Positions 61,238 through 64,000 of a stretch of 64,000 nucleotides of DNA are shown piece after piece; positions within the stretch are counted from its first letter, which is position 1; each line of letters opens with the position of its first letter. A model generated the notes under the pieces. The model saw only the letters and a list, made by a program, of their open reading frames with translations. It searched no databases and was not told the origin of the DNA. The translations under genes were made by a program, and so were the position numbers. This DNA is from Eledone cirrhosa (Eukaryota). The DNA is taken from the NCBI GenBank assembly GCA_964016885.1, contig OZ024750.1, positions 6,448,001 through 6,512,000 on the forward strand, written 5' to 3'.

Positions 61238-61530
61238 TGGTCCGAAATGTTCCTGTTTGTAGCTAGGGTACAGAATGGCGGACAGAATAGAGAAGGCGTT
61301 TCCCCAGAGGACGGCAAGGGAGACGCGCTGGAAAAGCCATTCCAGCTCGCGAGGCTCACACCTGCGGCTGACCAGCTCAGCGCCTATGGTGGTGAGTAGG
61401 GAGGTAGCCCTAGGGCCGAGGACACCAGAAGTCTCCACTGCCAAGGGTACAACCGCAAACCTGTCGGAGACCGACCGGTATGTGAAGAGTTTGGTCTCCT
61501 CAGCCAGACGTGCAGCAGAACCTCTTGAAC
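61238..61530 (-). mobile_element. 3' fragment of CRE-clade (restriction-like endonuclease) non-LTR retrotransposon
   Basis: Peptide GSAARLAEETKLFTY..FAVVPLAVETSGVLGPRA..EPRELEWLFQRVSLAVLWGNAFSIL fits the CRE C-terminal pattern AE-x2-K-x2-KY..PxAxET-x-G..QR-x-S-x-A-x3-GNA (recognised from memory). Confidence 0.75.
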
Positions 61531-62118
61531 TGAGCCAAACAGATAGTTTACAACCACGCACTGACGAGATCTCTAAAAACCCATTTGTGAAACAGTTTAA
61601 AAGCCTTAGGACCAGAACTGTAATTTAAGTTTAAAGTAGGATTCTCGTTTCTCCCATTTGGTGGAAGATATATATTCTACCGAAGATATATCATCTACAA
61701 AATCAGAGTTCTACATTTAACCAACCATGTCACCTAGGTGTTATTGTTTTAAATGGTGAATTGCTGTTCACATTAAAGCAAGTGTTCTCATTCTAGTACT
61801 CTGCTGGTTTTGCCAACCTTCAACACTCGAGATTTATATCATGTTCTCAAGTATTACATTTCGTTTATTGACTATATATCTTTCCTTGGCGTGACACTTT
61901 GCTATTTATTTACTCACTTTATGAAGACAAATAAGCTGAGTGCCAGACCCGGCGATGGATTAGAACATGTCTAATCTGTGATTAGTTTCTAATCTTATAA
62001 TCTATGCCATCTATAACTAATTTGGGGTTTTTTTTTTAAATATTCTCATTAGTACGTACGTTATTTCTTTTCACACATCACGGACATTTCCTGTTAAATA
62101 CGAATGTCAAGCCATTTG

Positions 62119-62181
<63 letters not shown>

Positions 62182-62203
62182 GTGTGTATATGTGTGTATG
62201 TAC

Positions 62204-62265
<62 letters not shown>

Positions 62266-62604
62266 TATATTTATATGTTTGTATGTGCGTGTATATAATA
62301 ATAGAAAAAAAAAACTGTTGAATCAGATCGGGATTTTTTTAAATTTTGTATGTCTTTGTACATGTTATATTTCTATATATTCCAAAAGTTAGCATTGAAA
62401 AGCGAGTAAGACACGGAAATAATGGCGTGATACGAGAGAAACTTTTATTACGTCGATGATTGTTCTTTTCTTCATTTGATTGGCGTCGTTAGAATAGCAA
62501 AACTGAAATCTTTCGTCTGTAGTTTTTATAGCGTGTATGCTTATCTGTAAACAACGCAATGTCTAAGTAGAGTTTTCAGCAGAACTTGGATGGATGTGTG
62601 TTGG

Positions 62605-62900
62605 AGGATCTCCGTGGGTTATGGCGATGAGTGTATCAGTTGTTCGAACAACGGAACAACTTGCTGGCGAGATTAACAAGCAAATGTCTGAGCATGTTAC
62701 AGACACGTGTACTCTTTACGTAATTCTCAGGGAGATTCAGTGGTGTGACAATGCTGGCCGTTTGACTTACATGTACAACTCATTTGTTCGCCAACTAAGA
62801 GCACTGAAGGAACGTGAAATAAAATGTCTTACTCAGGAGCACAAAGCCTCGCCGAGAATCGAATTCACCACCTTACTCTTGTGGGCCGAATACACCTTGG
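62605..62900 (-). mobile_element. SINE family B2, diverged
   Basis: Reverse complement TTCTCAGGGAGATTCAG and AACGTGAAATAAAATGTCTTACTCAGG. Confidence 0.75.
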
Positions 62901-63654
62901 AGTATAGGAACATCAGACACTAGAGTAATGAGATCTGTTTTTTTTATATCGTCTCATAAATGAAGAAGTTGTCATAATTTCAGTATCGTTTTTAATGAAC
63001 TTAACCATTTACCGAACCTTACGTTTACTTGAACCAAGGGATTAAATCTGTTAAACAGATGAGAGAGAAATAGACTGTGACATTGATAAGTTGCGGCTTT
63101 ACTTCTCATCTCCGGCTCCTAGTAAACGAAGGTGGTATATAGAAAAACATACCCTCTTCGGAGTCATAAATACACCTGCAGTAGAAATTGAACTCAAGAA
63201 CTATGAGTTCACTGAAAAATCTACGTGACTATTTTGTTCCGAAATTCAACTGTTTCTGTGGTGATTATGGCTATTGCTAGTTATGTTGTATCTTCTCTTA
63301 CTGGCACTGATGCTGTTGTTGCTAGTTAGCTTCAGGTCAGCTCCGCTTAAACCAGCTTACGGACAAAAGAATTCTAAACATAACTCTCGTCTATTTTATT
63401 CATACATAGTGTAGGAGCTGTTTCATGGATTCATTGCAAACGGTTGTCAAGGTGAATTAAGTAATAGGGATTTCTGGGATAAACTTTCTATTCCAAACAT
63501 ATTTTTAATGAGAACACGATTTCTCAATTGCTAAAATGATTTCTCAGCCCTCTTTCATTTCTGTGTCGTAGTGGCTTTTATCTCTATTGTTATTGCCCCT
63601 AGATATATCCTGAACATCAAAACTAGACCTTTCTCTCTATTTAAAATCTTAATA

Positions 63655-63908
63655 GTGAAGGCATATGGCTTAGTGGTTAGAGCATTGGACTTGCAATCGA
63701 AAGGTTGTGAGTTCAATTCTAGGACCGGGTGATGTGTTATTTCCTTGAGCAAGACACTTTATTTCACGTTGCTCCAGTTTACTCAGCTGTAGAAATGAAA
63801 TGAAAGGACTGGGGTCCTTATCAATAGAACATCTAAGACACCTCCAACGAGATATACCTTGGAGGAGGCCAGCTAAATATGCATAGGTGTGAGCTATCAC
63901 ACACACAC
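63655..63908 (+). mobile_element. SINE family B
   Basis: Same consensus, (CA)n tail, TSD ATTTAAAATCTTAA 63639-52/63909-22. Confidence 0.9.
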
Positions 63909-64000
63909 ATTTAAAATCTTAACATTTCATTTTACCTCAAGTTACTAAATAAATTTTTCTCGTATGACATCTAATGTTCCGCGGTACTTTCTAGCAAAGC

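Overview
AT-rich, microsatellite-dense eukaryotic DNA with no recognisable host protein-coding exon. The repeat repertoire (two tRNA-derived SINE families, very long (TA)n/(CA)n tracts) resembles octopod cephalopod genomes as I recall them; this is inference and has not been searched. Almost all ORF-track entries are artefacts of simple or tandem repeats. Supportable features: about 30 copies of a ~190-bp tRNA-headed SINE (often head-to-tail), a CORE-type SINE with clear target-site duplications, decayed 3' fragments of RTE-clade and CRE-clade LINEs, several Tc1/mariner/pogo-type MITEs, and six minisatellites. The main unexplained signal is a set of short elements from four unrelated sequence families, all sitting in (TA)n or (GA)n tracts and built as an inverted repeat, in six of seven cases with a one-sided tail. 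They carry type I hammerhead ribozyme motifs: two complete (5184-5250 +, 18889-18963 -) and five lacking the 5' CUGA core. Most inversion points fall on ribozyme landmarks, and one falls exactly on the predicted cleavage site. This resembles non-autonomous Penelope-like pLTR or retrozyme elements. A textbook recursive-splice site with an RS-exon (58793-58883, + strand) suggests the window may lie inside a giant intron.
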